Shown: in pieces, positions 1-9,724 of the stretch
Position numbering within the stretch: position 1 is the first letter of the stretch
Layout of the letters: every line of letters begins with the position of its first letter
Assembly: GCA_964581055.1 (NCBI GenBank)
Contig: CAZOMJ010000076.1
Coordinates: forward strand, 3,059 to 67,058
DNA from: an uncultured Candidatus Kuenenia sp.
Lineage (GTDB): Bacteria; Planctomycetota; Planctomycetia; Pirellulales; UBA1268
Length of the DNA: 64,000 bases
Direction: 5' to 3'
The notes under the pieces: generated by a model
What the model was told of the DNA's origin: nothing
What the model saw: only the letters and a program-made list of their open reading frames with translations
Database searches by the model: none
Translations under genes and position numbers: made by a program

Positions 1-1
1 A

Positions 2-370
2 CTCCTGCCTCACTGGGCGAGCGAACTGGCGATGCGGCTCGATTTCCCTTCATACGTGAAGGCGATCTATGCCGCTCCCGCAGCCTTGCCCGAGAGGCCG
101 CAGGAAACCTGGTTTCGGGATCTGCTCTCCTGGATGGTTTCAGTGGAAGGCGACATCGGCGTGAACCGAGTGCTGAGGTTCGAGCGACTGGGCGAGGAAT
201 TGGCCGCTTTGGCGGGCGAACTCCGCATCGAAGGGGAGCTGCCGTGGCGTAACGCCTCGCATGAGCCCCGCGGGCAACGGGACTACCGGGACCGCTACGA
301 CGCCACCTCGCGGCGCATCATTGAAACCCGCTTCGCGCCGACGCTCGAGCGGTTCGGCTACAGCTTCTGA
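2..370 (+). CDS. Sulfotransferase family protein, C-terminal part (5'-truncated by window edge)
   Basis: Frame open from base 2 to TGA at 370. The C-terminus 'VLRFERLGEEL...LPWRNASH...DYRDRYD..SRRIIETRFAPTLERFGYSF' resembles sulfotransferase family 2 C-termini. Lies next to other sulfotransferases. Confidence 0.55.
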   Translation, partial: LLPHWASELAMRLDFPSYVKAIYAAPAALPERPQETWFRDLLSWMVSVEGDIGVNRVLRFERLGEELAALAGELRIEGELPWRNASHEPRGQRDYRDRYDATSRRIIETRFAPTLERFGYSF

Positions 371-417
371 GAAGCCCAGCATGATGCCCAGCCCATCCTG
401 AAAGCCCGTCGCAGCGT

Positions 418-1233
418 TTAGCGTGCGATGAATTGCAAACGCGGGAATCTGTGTCGCAAAGACAGATCGTAAACCGCGCGATTTTTGCCATAGGAGTTGT
501 CCTTCAGAACGACGGGGATTTCGAGAAGGCTCCCGGCAATCGCCACATGCAGCCTGTCCGTGTGAATTTCGGAGTAGCCCGCAAGGGTGGCGAGAAAGGC
601 GCAGGTGTTCGCGTGGATGGAGTCCGTGCTGTTGAGTGGCGGATGGATCAAGCCCGGAAGGTCGAACGTATCATCCTCCAGCGGGCCGTCCGATTCGATA
701 TCCCGTCGATAGGCGCGGAGTACTCGATGCTCCCGGCCGAGCGCGATCGCATCGCGAATGGCCTTCACCGTTGAAAAAGGGTCCCTGGTGAGGTCGAGGC
801 CGATAGCCATGTCGTCTGCCGACAGTGCCCTGACGCCTGGAAAGCCGTCCAGGAATTCTAGGGATTGCCGGTCGCGACAGAAAACGGTGACTCCCTCGAT
901 GGCCCTCCAGAAGGCCGCATGCCCGTTGACCGTGTGCGGCAGGACAACGACGGGCGCAGGGAGCTTCAGCAAGGATGCCACGCACTGGATACCGCCCTCG
1001 TAAAGCGAAACGAGGCTGCCTCCACCGCCGAAGACGAGCAGGTCCGCAGGCCGTACGGAATCGCGCTGGCCACGAATGAAAGCCCAGGGGATGCCGGCTT
1101 TTTCAAAGCCCTGGATGGTGGCCGACGCGATGAGACAGTCGCCAAGATTGCCGCCGTTCGGCATGAACAGGCAGCGGCCGCCCTCACCGAGGCGGTTGGC
1201 GATGTGCTCCAGCGGATCATGGCGTTCAAGCAT
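418..1233 (-). CDS. Polysaccharide pyruvyl transferase family protein
   Basis: Motifs GGNLGDCLI, FGGGGSL and TDRLHVAIAGSLLEIPVVLKDNSYGKN are typical of EpsI/WcaK-like pyruvyltransferases. Confidence 0.8.
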   Translation of the reverse strand: MLERHDPLEHIANRLGEGGRCLFMPNGGNLGDCLIASATIQGFEKAGIPWAFIRGQRDSVRPADLLVFGGGGSLVSLYEGGIQCVASLLKLPAPVVVLPHTVNGHAAFWRAIEGVTVFCRDRQSLEFLDGFPGVRALSADDMAIGLDLTRDPFSTVKAIRDAIALGREHRVLRAYRRDIESDGPLEDDTFDLPGLIHPPLNSTDSIHANTCAFLATLAGYSEIHTDRLHVAIAGSLLEIPVVLKDNSYGKNRAVYDLSLRHRFPRLQFIAR

Positions 1234-2152
1234 TGTTCCAGCGCGACTCGAGTTCGCGCATCATGGAGCCGGCGGCATCGTCGGCGATTTTACGGAGAAA
1301 CAATTTTCCGGCGGGAACGGCAGGCAACTCATCCAGCGAACGGAAAACGAAAGGAACCGGGTTACGGGTCACATCGGTAAGCATCGGCCCCGTGAAGGAT
1401 CGAGCTGTCAGACCAATCCGGTTCGCATACAGCGTCTGGAAGGCCAGTTCGTCGGGCACGGCGGAGAATTCAAACGATTCACGCAGCCAAGGGTCTTCCG
1501 AAAGGTCGTCCAGGATGGCCTCGAGCATCCGCCGCTCGAGGGTCCACCACTGCGATCCCCCCCACACCTCAGGCAACGGGAATTTTCCCCGTTCGCGCAA
1601 CCCGGCAAGCCGCTGGATCGCACCGAGCGAAGCTGCGTCGAATGAGCGGTTTTGAATATCGACTGGGCGAGCGTTCGTCGCCGGGGAATCCATGAAAAAA
1701 AATTCCGTGTAGCGTCTCAGGAATGGCGGGTTCCGTCGCGACATCGCCACATCGATGCGGTTGGGCAGGGAAACGAGATGCCGATGAATTTCACCGGCCG
1801 GGAGCAAGGGAAGCGTGTCATCCGAAACCAAGGCCACAATCCGGCAGCCACCATCGCGGAGAGCGCTGCGGGCGAGCGCCTCAGTGGCCCGGATCATGTT
1901 GAACCCGGCCCAGAACACCTCGAACCGTTGCTCGATGAACGTCAGGTTGGAAGGCCACGCTCGCTCCCGCGAATAGTCGACCAACGGAATCTTGGCATCC
2001 AAGTGGACGAAAATCCGGAAGGGACTCTCGGAGAAGTTTCCTGCGAGGGCTTCGAGCGTCCGCGGCGACTGGCAGGCCAAGACGAGCAGCGCCACCTCCT
2101 CGAGCCCCTTTTCGGATGTCGCAAAAGCCGCCTTCATTCGTAGAGCATCCAC
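1226..2152 (-). CDS. Beta-1,6-N-acetylglucosaminyltransferase (Core-2/I-branching, GT14-like)
   Basis: 'IFVHLDAK', 'VFWAGFNMIRAT..L', 'GGSQWWTL' and 'AVPDELAFQTL' match the branching-enzyme family. Overlaps both neighbours, consistent with an operon. Confidence 0.75.
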   Translation of the reverse strand: MDALRMKAAFATSEKGLEEVALLVLACQSPRTLEALAGNFSESPFRIFVHLDAKIPLVDYSRERAWPSNLTFIEQRFEVFWAGFNMIRATEALARSALRDGGCRIVALVSDDTLPLLPAGEIHRHLVSLPNRIDVAMSRRNPPFLRRYTEFFFMDSPATNARPVDIQNRSFDAASLGAIQRLAGLRERGKFPLPEVWGGSQWWTLERRMLEAILDDLSEDPWLRESFEFSAVPDELAFQTLYANRIGLTARSFTGPMLTDVTRNPVPFVFRSLDELPAVPAGKLFLRKIADDAAGSMMRELESRWNNA

Positions 2153-2895
2153 TCGAATCGCGATCCCTCGAGAGCAGCGGCCACCTCATCGAAATTCGCA
2201 ATCAGGCTTTTTGCATTGTCAGGCAGGATTTTTTTGATATCCACCGACATATGAGCTTCGGGAAGCCCGAGAAAATCCAGAACGCAGCGCATGGCTGGGC
2301 CGTTGTCATCCAGCGAGTCCTCGAAGGCCACCTCGTGAAACGGATGGTCATGGAAACGCCTTCGCATCCTTTCAGACTCGGCCTCGATCGCATCGAGGTT
2401 GGCGAGCAGCACTGCAGGGGGGATCTCCATGCGCGGCGGCGGGGGAACCTCCTCGTTCGTAAGGAAGAAATTTTTCCGGCTGACGGTTCCAACGAAATAT
2501 TCGGAGAGAAACCGTTTGACGCCGTTCCGCCGCACCAAATGGATCACGCGGATGTCGTCGTCCGCAGCGAGCGCGTCCAGCAATCCCGGCCAGCACTCCG
2601 CCAGTTGGTGGTAGAGAATTTTAAATCCAACCGCGGATTCTCCGCCCACCGCGAAAACCCTTCTCATCGCGAAGCCTGCGGGGTCCGCGCCCCTCTCCTC
2701 GACCAAGATCCGGTGGCTCTCGGATCCCGGTTCGGCAAGCGTCGACAGGTTCCCGCCGAACACCTCGCCGTGGGAACGGGCCAACGGATGGGAGTCCAGC
2801 AGGCGCCGGAGACGCGTACTGCCGGTTCGGCCTGCGGCGAGGATGAAAAACCTCGTCGGTGTCGGCCGCCGCAACATATTTGAATCTGGCATCAT
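2134..2895 (-). CDS. Sulfotransferase (Stf0-like)
   Basis: PAPS-binding loop 'AAGRTGSTRL', 'SHGEVF', 'VGFKILYHQ', 'IHLVRRN', and C-terminal 'IKKILPD...IANFDEV..AL'. Confidence 0.75.
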   Translation of the reverse strand: MMPDSNMLRRPTPTRFFILAAGRTGSTRLRRLLDSHPLARSHGEVFGGNLSTLAEPGSESHRILVEERGADPAGFAMRRVFAVGGESAVGFKILYHQLAECWPGLLDALAADDDIRVIHLVRRNGVKRFLSEYFVGTVSRKNFFLTNEEVPPPPRMEIPPAVLLANLDAIEAESERMRRRFHDHPFHEVAFEDSLDDNGPAMRCVLDFLGLPEAHMSVDIKKILPDNAKSLIANFDEVAAALEGSRFEWMLYE

Positions 2896-2919
2896 GAGAA
2901 CTCATTCTATAAGCACCCC

Positions 2920-5900
2920 ATGCCCAAGCAACCATTTCCAAGCCGCCGCCAGATGAACCGTCAGACACTCCCACGACCGGTCATGCTCCTTGTCCTCGGT
3001 GTTCACCGGTCGGGGACGAGTGCGACGGCGCGGATGCTGGAGTGCCTCGGCGGGCGTCCATCGACACACCTCCACGAACCACTCCCGAACAATCCCAAGG
3101 GGTTTTTCGAGGATTTCGATATCCAGCGATTCAACGAATACGAACTCTTGCCGGCGCTCGGCGCTCGTTGGCATGATGTGACGCCGTTGGACTGGACAAG
3201 GCTGTCCGACGAGTCCAGGGCTGAGCTTTCGGCAAAAGCCGTTGGGATCGTCGGGAAGAATTTCAGCCGTGACAATTCACTTTCGATCTTGAAGGAGCCG
3301 CGTCTCGGCATTTTGCTTCCGTTCTGGCTCGCCGTGCTGGAGGAGGCCGGCTTCGAGGTGAAAGCCGTTTGCACGGTGCGCGACCCCCTGAGCGTCGCGC
3401 GTTCGCTGCACGCGAGGGACGCGTTTTCCATCACCCACGGAGCGATGCTTTACGCCTCGAACTGGCTGGCCACCCTGCAGTCACTCGGAAACGTCCCGAC
3501 GTCTTATCTCTCGTTCGACTCCATCTTCCGTGACGCGCGGGGGGGTCTGGAACGGTTGGCCCGGGAACTCGGCATTCCTCTGCCGCAGGATTTCGACGCA
3601 CGCATCGAGGACTTTGTATCGGACCACCTCGACTCCGGCCTGCGACACAGCATTGCCTCGGCGGAGGAAGTGACGGGCGACCCTCGGATCCCGCCGGTGG
3701 CCGCGGCTGTTCATGCCACCCTTCTCGACGCGGTCGATTCACATGCGCGGCGCGATGCGATGGACCGCCTCTCGGCCTGGGCGACGAGGCACTCAGACTC
3801 GGTGCCCCTGTTGCACGACTACGACCGGCTTTTCCGTGATCGCGCCACGTTGCTGCAAACCGCGATCAACCACGAAAACGAAATCGCCGGTTTGAGGGAC
3901 CATCTGGCGAACACCGAGGCCGAGCGGGATGTGACGAGTCGCGACCAGAAAGTCGCCGAGCGTGACGATTCACTCAATGAACTGAGGAGCCTCCTGTTGG
4001 AGCGGAATGGAGAGGTAGCCGCATTGACTGATGAGTTGGCCGATCGCAAGACGACTCTTTCCAGCTTGCAGGCGATCATCGAGGATCTCACCCGCGAGGT
4101 CGTCGAACGGGAGTCCGCTGTCCAGGAGCTGGAGAAGAACCTCCTGGCAACTAATGATTCGCTGGTCGAGAAGGAAGTCGCACTGTGTTCTGCGAAGGAT
4201 CGAACGGTGGAACTCCTCGAATCACTGGCTCAGGCCGAGGCACAGAACGCCCGTTTGGCCGATGCGATTGCCAGTCTGGAATCCAGGCTGGAATCGCAGC
4301 GGGCCGAAGACGAAAAACGGGAAGCGACGATTCAGCACCTGGTGCTTGCTCTTTCTTCCACCCGTACAACCACATGGTCACGCGTGACAGCGCCGGTTCG
4401 ATGGCTTGCCGAAGCGGTGGGAACCAGTCCGCTCGGATTGTCCAGGGCGATGCGAGAGATTCGTGAAAGCGGGCTGTTCGACCCCGTCTTCTACTTGCTG
4501 AAACATCCCGATGTGCGCGACTCCGGTGTCGATCCGCTGAAACACTACCTTCTTCACGGAGGCCACCAGGGACGAAATCCCTCCCCGCTTTTCGACAGCC
4601 ACTTCTACCTCGATCAATACGTCGATGTGCGGGCCTCCCGAATCAACCCGCTCCTGCACTACATCCGCTTCGGCCGTGCCGAGGGGCGGTTGCCAGTACC
4701 GCATCATCAACTCGCCGCCGAACCGCCACCCTCTGAAACCCCGGTAGCCCGCGACATCCGGATTATTCGTGAAAGCGGTCGCTTCGATGCCGCCTACTAC
4801 CTGGAGCAGCATCCCGATGTGAGACATGCTGGCGTCGATCCAATCGAGCATTTCGTTTGGCACGGGTGGAAGGAGGGGCGGAACCCTTCGCCGTTTTTCG
4901 ACACTCGCTTCTACCTCCGCATCTACCTCGACAGCGATCTCGCGGGAGACAATCCACTCCTCCACTTCATCCAGAAGGGCCAAGCCGAGGGGAATTTCGC
5001 CTCCGAGGCGCACCGGGCTGAAGCCCGCCGAGTCTACGGGCAAGCGTACTGGAACCGACTTCTAACCTACCTGGTCAACGGAAGCTCGTTGCCTGCAATC
5101 GGCCGGTTTTTCCGGAAACTGGTCTCCATTGGTCCCGACGAAGTCGCCAGGGACTTCCGCGAGCGTGCGACACATGCTGGGCAAGGACTCGGAGAAGATG
5201 CCGCTTCGACCGGCGATCGACTGCCGTCGCGTGAGTCGTTACCCGAGTCTGGAACCATCCTGTTTATCGGGTGCAACGGGCTGCTCGCCGGTTCGCAAGT
5301 TGTCCTCCTCAACATCATCAAGTGGCTCCATGCCCACACGACGCTGGACGTGAAAATCATCCTGCTATCAGGCGGAGAATTGCTCCCCGAGTATGCCACC
5401 TACGGCTCCGTTGTTGTCTGGCAGGAATTGGCGTTGCAGCTTCCCGACGTCAACACACGCCGGGAGCACCTTGCCGCCTGGTGTGGCAAGGTCGATCTGG
5501 TGTATGGCAACACCATCCTGGCGGCGACCATCTACGAGGAAATGGAATTCCTGGGAGCGCCCTTTCTGAGCCACGTCCACGAACTGGAACAAACGATCCG
5601 CGCCTACGCTCAACCGCACACCATCGATACCTTCCAAAGTCTGACATCGGAATTCATCGCATGCTCGCCTCCAGTGGCGGCGAACCTCGTTGAGAATCAC
5701 CGGGTGTCGTCCTCCCGCATCCATACGGTCAACGCCTTCATCGAGAACCGCGCGTCGATCGCAGCAAACGCAAAGCGGGGTCTGCGGAAAACGTTGGGCC
5801 TGCGGGAACGGGAGTTTGTGGTGGTGGGCTGCGGCACCATCTACGCACGCAAGGGAGTCGACCTGTTCGTCGACACGGCGGTGAAGCTCAAGGAAAGCGG

Positions 5901-8439
5901 GGCACAAAAGTTCCGCTTCCTTTGGATCGGTGACCATTACTGGGATTTCGATCCCCAATCACGCCGCTTGATGGCCTGGAACAGCATCGAGGCAACGATC
6001 CGAAAGCACGGAATGGAGGACCTGATCGAATTCCCAGGGGTGAAGACGAATGCCCGTGAATATTTCGCCGCGGCCGATGTCTTCTATCTCCCCTCGCGAG
6101 AGGATCCCTTTCCACTCGTCTGCCTCGAAGCCGCGCAGTGTGGCACTCCGGTCGTGTGTTTTGACAAGGCTGGCGGGATGCCGGCGTTTGTGGAAACCGA
6201 CGCAGGCCTCGTTGTTCCACATCTGGATGTCGATGCCGCCGTCGCCGCAATCAAACGACTCAAGGACGATGCTCGGCTTTGCAATCGACTCGGCACGGGA
6301 GCCGCTTCCAAACTCGCGCGGCTCCACACGGACGACATTGCCGTTCCAGAAATCCTGAAGATCTGTCGTAAAGCGATGAGAACGGGCCCGATGGTCAGCG
6401 TCATCGTCCCGGTATTCAACCACGGCCGATTTCTTGTCCAGCGGATGGAGAGCATTCTGTCCCAGTCCTTCCGCGACTTCGAAATCATCATTTTGGACGA
6501 CGCCTCGACCGACGACAGCTTCGAGGTGGCGAGGAGGTACGAGGGGCACCCCCAGGTGCGCATAGCCCGCAACGAGCACAATTCCGGCTCCCCCTTCCGC
6601 CAATGGAAAAAAGGCCTCGAACTCGCGCACGGAACAATCGTTTGGATTGCGGAGGGGGATGACGCCAGCGAACCCGATTTTCTTCGCCGGTTGCTCCCCT
6701 TCTTCCGCGACCCTGAAGTCGCGATCGCCTACTGCGACTCGAAGGTCATCGACGAAAATGGGCACTCCCTCGAAAATTACGAGGCCTACTACGAGTCGCT
6801 CGACTTCAGCCATTGGAAGATGGATCGGCTCCTGTCTGGCGAAGCGGAGATCAATTTCGGACTTGGCGTCAAAAACACCATCCCAAACACGAGCGCCGCC
6901 CTCTTCCGCCGGGAATTCATCGATTCGGCGATGCTCGAAAACATAAGCTCCATGCGTTATTCAGGCGATTGGTTTTTTCATGTCCAGATGGTCAAGGGCC
7001 GCAAAATCGCCTTCCGTCGCCTGCCGCTGAACCTCCACCGCAAGCACGCCTCCACACTCACGCACCAGTTCAATCGCAACGAGACGCAGCAACATGCCCT
7101 CCTTGACGAAGCCAGGCGGGTGCATGAATACGTGCTGGCGAATTACACGCCCACCCCTTCCTTTCGCAGGAAACTCGCTTTCTACCTAAACGATCAGATC
7201 GAGTCGCTCTTTCACGGAACCCCGAAATCCCAGCACGACCGACTCTACCCGGTTACCCGGACCCTCGAGGCCGTGGATCGCGCCATTGCGGCTTCATCGC
7301 CCCTGGCGACACGCATGGCCTTCATCACCACCGGCGATGTCACGCACGACGGCGGCAGCGAACAACTCTGGATTCAGACCGCACTCCGCATGGCCCGCAC
7401 GGGACACCGTGTCTTGGTCGTTATCAAGCGATGGTCACCCGAGCCGTATTTCTTCGCCGAATTTCGCGACGCGGGAATTGAACTCGTCTTCAAGGACAGC
7501 AAGCCTGTGGAACGATTGGTTGATTTTTCCCCCCACCTCGTGGTGATCAACATCGGCGACCAGGACGAAGGAATTGATTGGTATGCCGCCTGCCGGGCGA
7601 ATGGACTGCGCTACACGATCGTCAACCACCTGACGAAGGAGCCCAGATACTGGCCGATCCGCCCCGAACTGCAGGACGCAGTCCGCGAAGGCAACCTTGG
7701 TGCTGCTCAGGTGCTATTCACTTCCCAAAACAACCGCGCCCTGCTCGAGAAGCGCCTCGGCTGCGCCATCCCGCATGCCGGCGTTTTCCACAACCCGATT
7801 TACATCGACCGCACGAAGCGACTGCCCTTTCCATCCATGGACGGCCCCATCCGGCTCGCGATGCCCTCGCGACTGCTCACCATTCACAAGGGCCAGAACA
7901 TCGCGATCGAGGTGTTCTCCAGGAAGAAGTGGCGCAACCGCAACATCCAACTCCACATCTACGGCAACGGCCCCGATGAGGCCTCCCTGCGTGACACAGT
8001 CGCACGCGAAGATCTCACGAATGTCTTTTTTCACGCCCCCAATTGGCAACTCCCCACACCCGACATGGAATCCATCTGGCGCGACAACCATGCGCTGCTC
8101 ATGACCTCCTTCATGGAGGGCATGCCTCTGGTTCTGCTCAACGCCATGTTCTACGAACGCGTCGCGATCGTCACGGATATCGGCGGCCACCGCGAGGTGG
8201 TCCAGGACGGCATGAGTGGCTTCATCGCCGCCGAGCCAAGTCCCGACGCGGTGGATAGAGCCATGGAGAACGCCTGGCGCAGCCTTGGCACATGGGAACA
8301 AATCGGACGCCGCGCCCGCACCCGCATGCTTCAATTCGCGCCAGAGGACCCCGTCGCGGACTTTATCGAGAAACTGTCCTATTTGTCCAAGGTGGCCGCA
8401 CGTGATCCCACGGGCCTCGCTTCTCACACAACTGGCTGA
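2920..8439 (+). CDS. Giant multidomain glycan synthase: sulfotransferase-like domain, coiled coil, two FDxxxYL repeat modules, GT4, GT2, GT4
   Basis: 1839 aa. N-terminal 'GVHRSGTSA..NPKGFFED..LKEPR'; heptad-rich helix at ~aa300-480; repeats 'FDPVFYL.KHPDV..DPL.HY..G..GRNPSP.FD'; GT4 'RKGVDLF..SREDPFPLVCLEA'; GT2 'VSVIVPVFNH..LDDASTD'; second GT4 'SFMEGMPLVLLNAM'. Start could also be 2953 or 2983. Confidence 0.9.
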   Translation: MPKQPFPSRRQMNRQTLPRPVMLLVLGVHRSGTSATARMLECLGGRPSTHLHEPLPNNPKGFFEDFDIQRFNEYELLPALGARWHDVTPLDWTRLSDESRAELSAKAVGIVGKNFSRDNSLSILKEPRLGILLPFWLAVLEEAGFEVKAVCTVRDPLSVARSLHARDAFSITHGAMLYASNWLATLQSLGNVPTSYLSFDSIFRDARGGLERLARELGIPLPQDFDARIEDFVSDHLDSGLRHSIASAEEVTGDPRIPPVAAAVHATLLDAVDSHARRDAMDRLSAWATRHSDSVPLLHDYDRLFRDRATLLQTAINHENEIAGLRDHLANTEAERDVTSRDQKVAERDDSLNELRSLLLERNGEVAALTDELADRKTTLSSLQAIIEDLTREVVERESAVQELEKNLLATNDSLVEKEVALCSAKDRTVELLESLAQAEAQNARLADAIASLESRLESQRAEDEKREATIQHLVLALSSTRTTTWSRVTAPVRWLAEAVGTSPLGLSRAMREIRESGLFDPVFYLLKHPDVRDSGVDPLKHYLLHGGHQGRNPSPLFDSHFYLDQYVDVRASRINPLLHYIRFGRAEGRLPVPHHQLAAEPPPSETPVARDIRIIRESGRFDAAYYLEQHPDVRHAGVDPIEHFVWHGWKEGRNPSPFFDTRFYLRIYLDSDLAGDNPLLHFIQKGQAEGNFASEAHRAEARRVYGQAYWNRLLTYLVNGSSLPAIGRFFRKLVSIGPDEVARDFRERATHAGQGLGEDAASTGDRLPSRESLPESGTILFIGCNGLLAGSQVVLLNIIKWLHAHTTLDVKIILLSGGELLPEYATYGSVVVWQELALQLPDVNTRREHLAAWCGKVDLVYGNTILAATIYEEMEFLGAPFLSHVHELEQTIRAYAQPHTIDTFQSLTSEFIACSPPVAANLVENHRVSSSRIHTVNAFIENRASIAANAKRGLRKTLGLREREFVVVGCGTIYARKGVDLFVDTAVKLKESGAQKFRFLWIGDHYWDFDPQSRRLMAWNSIEATIRKHGMEDLIEFPGVKTNAREYFAAADVFYLPSREDPFPLVCLEAAQCGTPVVCFDKAGGMPAFVETDAGLVVPHLDVDAAVAAIKRLKDDARLCNRLGTGAASKLARLHTDDIAVPEILKICRKAMRTGPMVSVIVPVFNHGRFLVQRMESILSQSFRDFEIIILDDASTDDSFEVARRYEGHPQVRIARNEHNSGSPFRQWKKGLELAHGTIVWIAEGDDASEPDFLRRLLPFFRDPEVAIAYCDSKVIDENGHSLENYEAYYESLDFSHWKMDRLLSGEAEINFGLGVKNTIPNTSAALFRREFIDSAMLENISSMRYSGDWFFHVQMVKGRKIAFRRLPLNLHRKHASTLTHQFNRNETQQHALLDEARRVHEYVLANYTPTPSFRRKLAFYLNDQIESLFHGTPKSQHDRLYPVTRTLEAVDRAIAASSPLATRMAFITTGDVTHDGGSEQLWIQTALRMARTGHRVLVVIKRWSPEPYFFAEFRDAGIELVFKDSKPVERLVDFSPHLVVINIGDQDEGIDWYAACRANGLRYTIVNHLTKEPRYWPIRPELQDAVREGNLGAAQVLFTSQNNRALLEKRLGCAIPHAGVFHNPIYIDRTKRLPFPSMDGPIRLAMPSRLLTIHKGQNIAIEVFSRKKWRNRNIQLHIYGNGPDEASLRDTVAREDLTNVFFHAPNWQLPTPDMESIWRDNHALLMTSFMEGMPLVLLNAMFYERVAIVTDIGGHREVVQDGMSGFIAAEPSPDAVDRAMENAWRSLGTWEQIGRRARTRMLQFAPEDPVADFIEKLSYLSKVAARDPTGLASHTTG
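4459..5001 (+). repeat. Intragenic duplication of a ~79-aa module (4459-4695 and 4765-~5001, 306-nt period)
   Basis: Both units begin attcgtgaaagcgg (IRESG.FD..YYL..HPDV..G.DP..H) and each contains two FDxxxYL sub-motifs. Confidence 0.85.
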
Positions 8440-8502
8440 TCACCCGAGGGACCAACCCATTCACGCGACCACACGGCGTTTCATCATGAGGGGCCCATCC
8501 AC

Positions 8503-9501
8503 TTGAGCACACCAGCGAAGAGCCTGTTTGTCACGAAAGTGACCAGCGCGCATGTGTTGGAGGCGATTGCACAACACCTGACCGCGAAGCAGGTGGCCGT
8601 CATCCTTTTCGATGGCCACGGGGAAATCAACGGCATCGATGACGACCCTCGCGTGAGGCTTGTCATCGACGTGCGCGAAGCGCCCCCGACGATCTTGGAT
8701 TCCTTACACGAGGGCGATGTTGTGATTTATGCATGCACCCAAGACGATCTGGGACTGCCTTACATCGCGCATCTCCACAAGACCGGGAGAAAATATTATC
8801 CGATTTGGAGCGCCCGCCCGGGCGGCTATGCGTTCACGAATTGCATTGCGAGGCAGGTGTTGGACGATGAGCATCGATTTCAGAGGCGGCACGGATTCGC
8901 GAAGTGGGACTTTGGCCACGGCGATTTCGTCAATCTCATTCAGGCTCTCGAAATCACCAAGAATGTAGCTGGATGCTATCTGGAAGTCGGCTGCTATCGA
9001 GGCTCAAGTGCGGGTGTGGTCCTGCGCTATCTGGCCGCCACGCGCCGCCCGATGGAAACATTTTTCCTCGATGTCTTCGAGGGTTTTGCATACGAGGCGT
9101 CCCACGATAGTGCGGATGCGGTGTGGCACGGCACGCACCAGACGGATGGCTTCGAGGCTGTGAGTGAACGCTTGCAAGCGTACCGGAACGGCTTTCCCGA
9201 TCTGCACATCACGGTCGAACGAAACAATATCATTACAGACCCGCTGCCGGCAGGTGTCCTTGAGCGGGGAATCTCGCTTGCCAATTTGGATGTCGATCTC
9301 CACGAGGCCGTCTATGCGGGACTGCACAAACTGGCGCCTCACGTTGCGAAGAACGGGATCCTTGTTGTCGAAGACCCGGGACACACGCCGTTGCTGATTG
9401 GGGCCAAATACGCCCTCGATAAGTTCCTGGCGGACGAAATTGGCACGCACTTCATATCACTCTGCATGGAAAGTGGGCAGACTTTTTTGATTCGGAAATG
9501 A
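8503..9501 (+). CDS. TylF/MycF/NovP-family SAM-dependent O-methyltransferase
   Basis: SAM motif 'YLEVGCYRGSS', 'LDVFEGF' and 'NLDVDLHE', with a ~130-aa N-terminal extension. Confidence 0.75.
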   Translation: MSTPAKSLFVTKVTSAHVLEAIAQHLTAKQVAVILFDGHGEINGIDDDPRVRLVIDVREAPPTILDSLHEGDVVIYACTQDDLGLPYIAHLHKTGRKYYPIWSARPGGYAFTNCIARQVLDDEHRFQRRHGFAKWDFGHGDFVNLIQALEITKNVAGCYLEVGCYRGSSAGVVLRYLAATRRPMETFFLDVFEGFAYEASHDSADAVWHGTHQTDGFEAVSERLQAYRNGFPDLHITVERNNIITDPLPAGVLERGISLANLDVDLHEAVYAGLHKLAPHVAKNGILVVEDPGHTPLLIGAKYALDKFLADEIGTHFISLCMESGQTFLIRK

Positions 9502-9724
9502 CAGCTTCACTGAGAGACATGGCACGAATTGGGCGATCCGCCGGTTCCCGGCAGCGGATTGGCTCTCCGAATCGAAGATCGCCCATGAAAGCGATCAGTT
9601 TCATTGCGTCGCTTGGTTTGAGACATTTTGTCCGGACTCCTCGCCTTTGCATCCGGATCTGGGTGCCAGGGGACATTCCGTCGCATCGATTGCACGAACG
9701 TCCTGCGCACAGGAACCTTGATTG

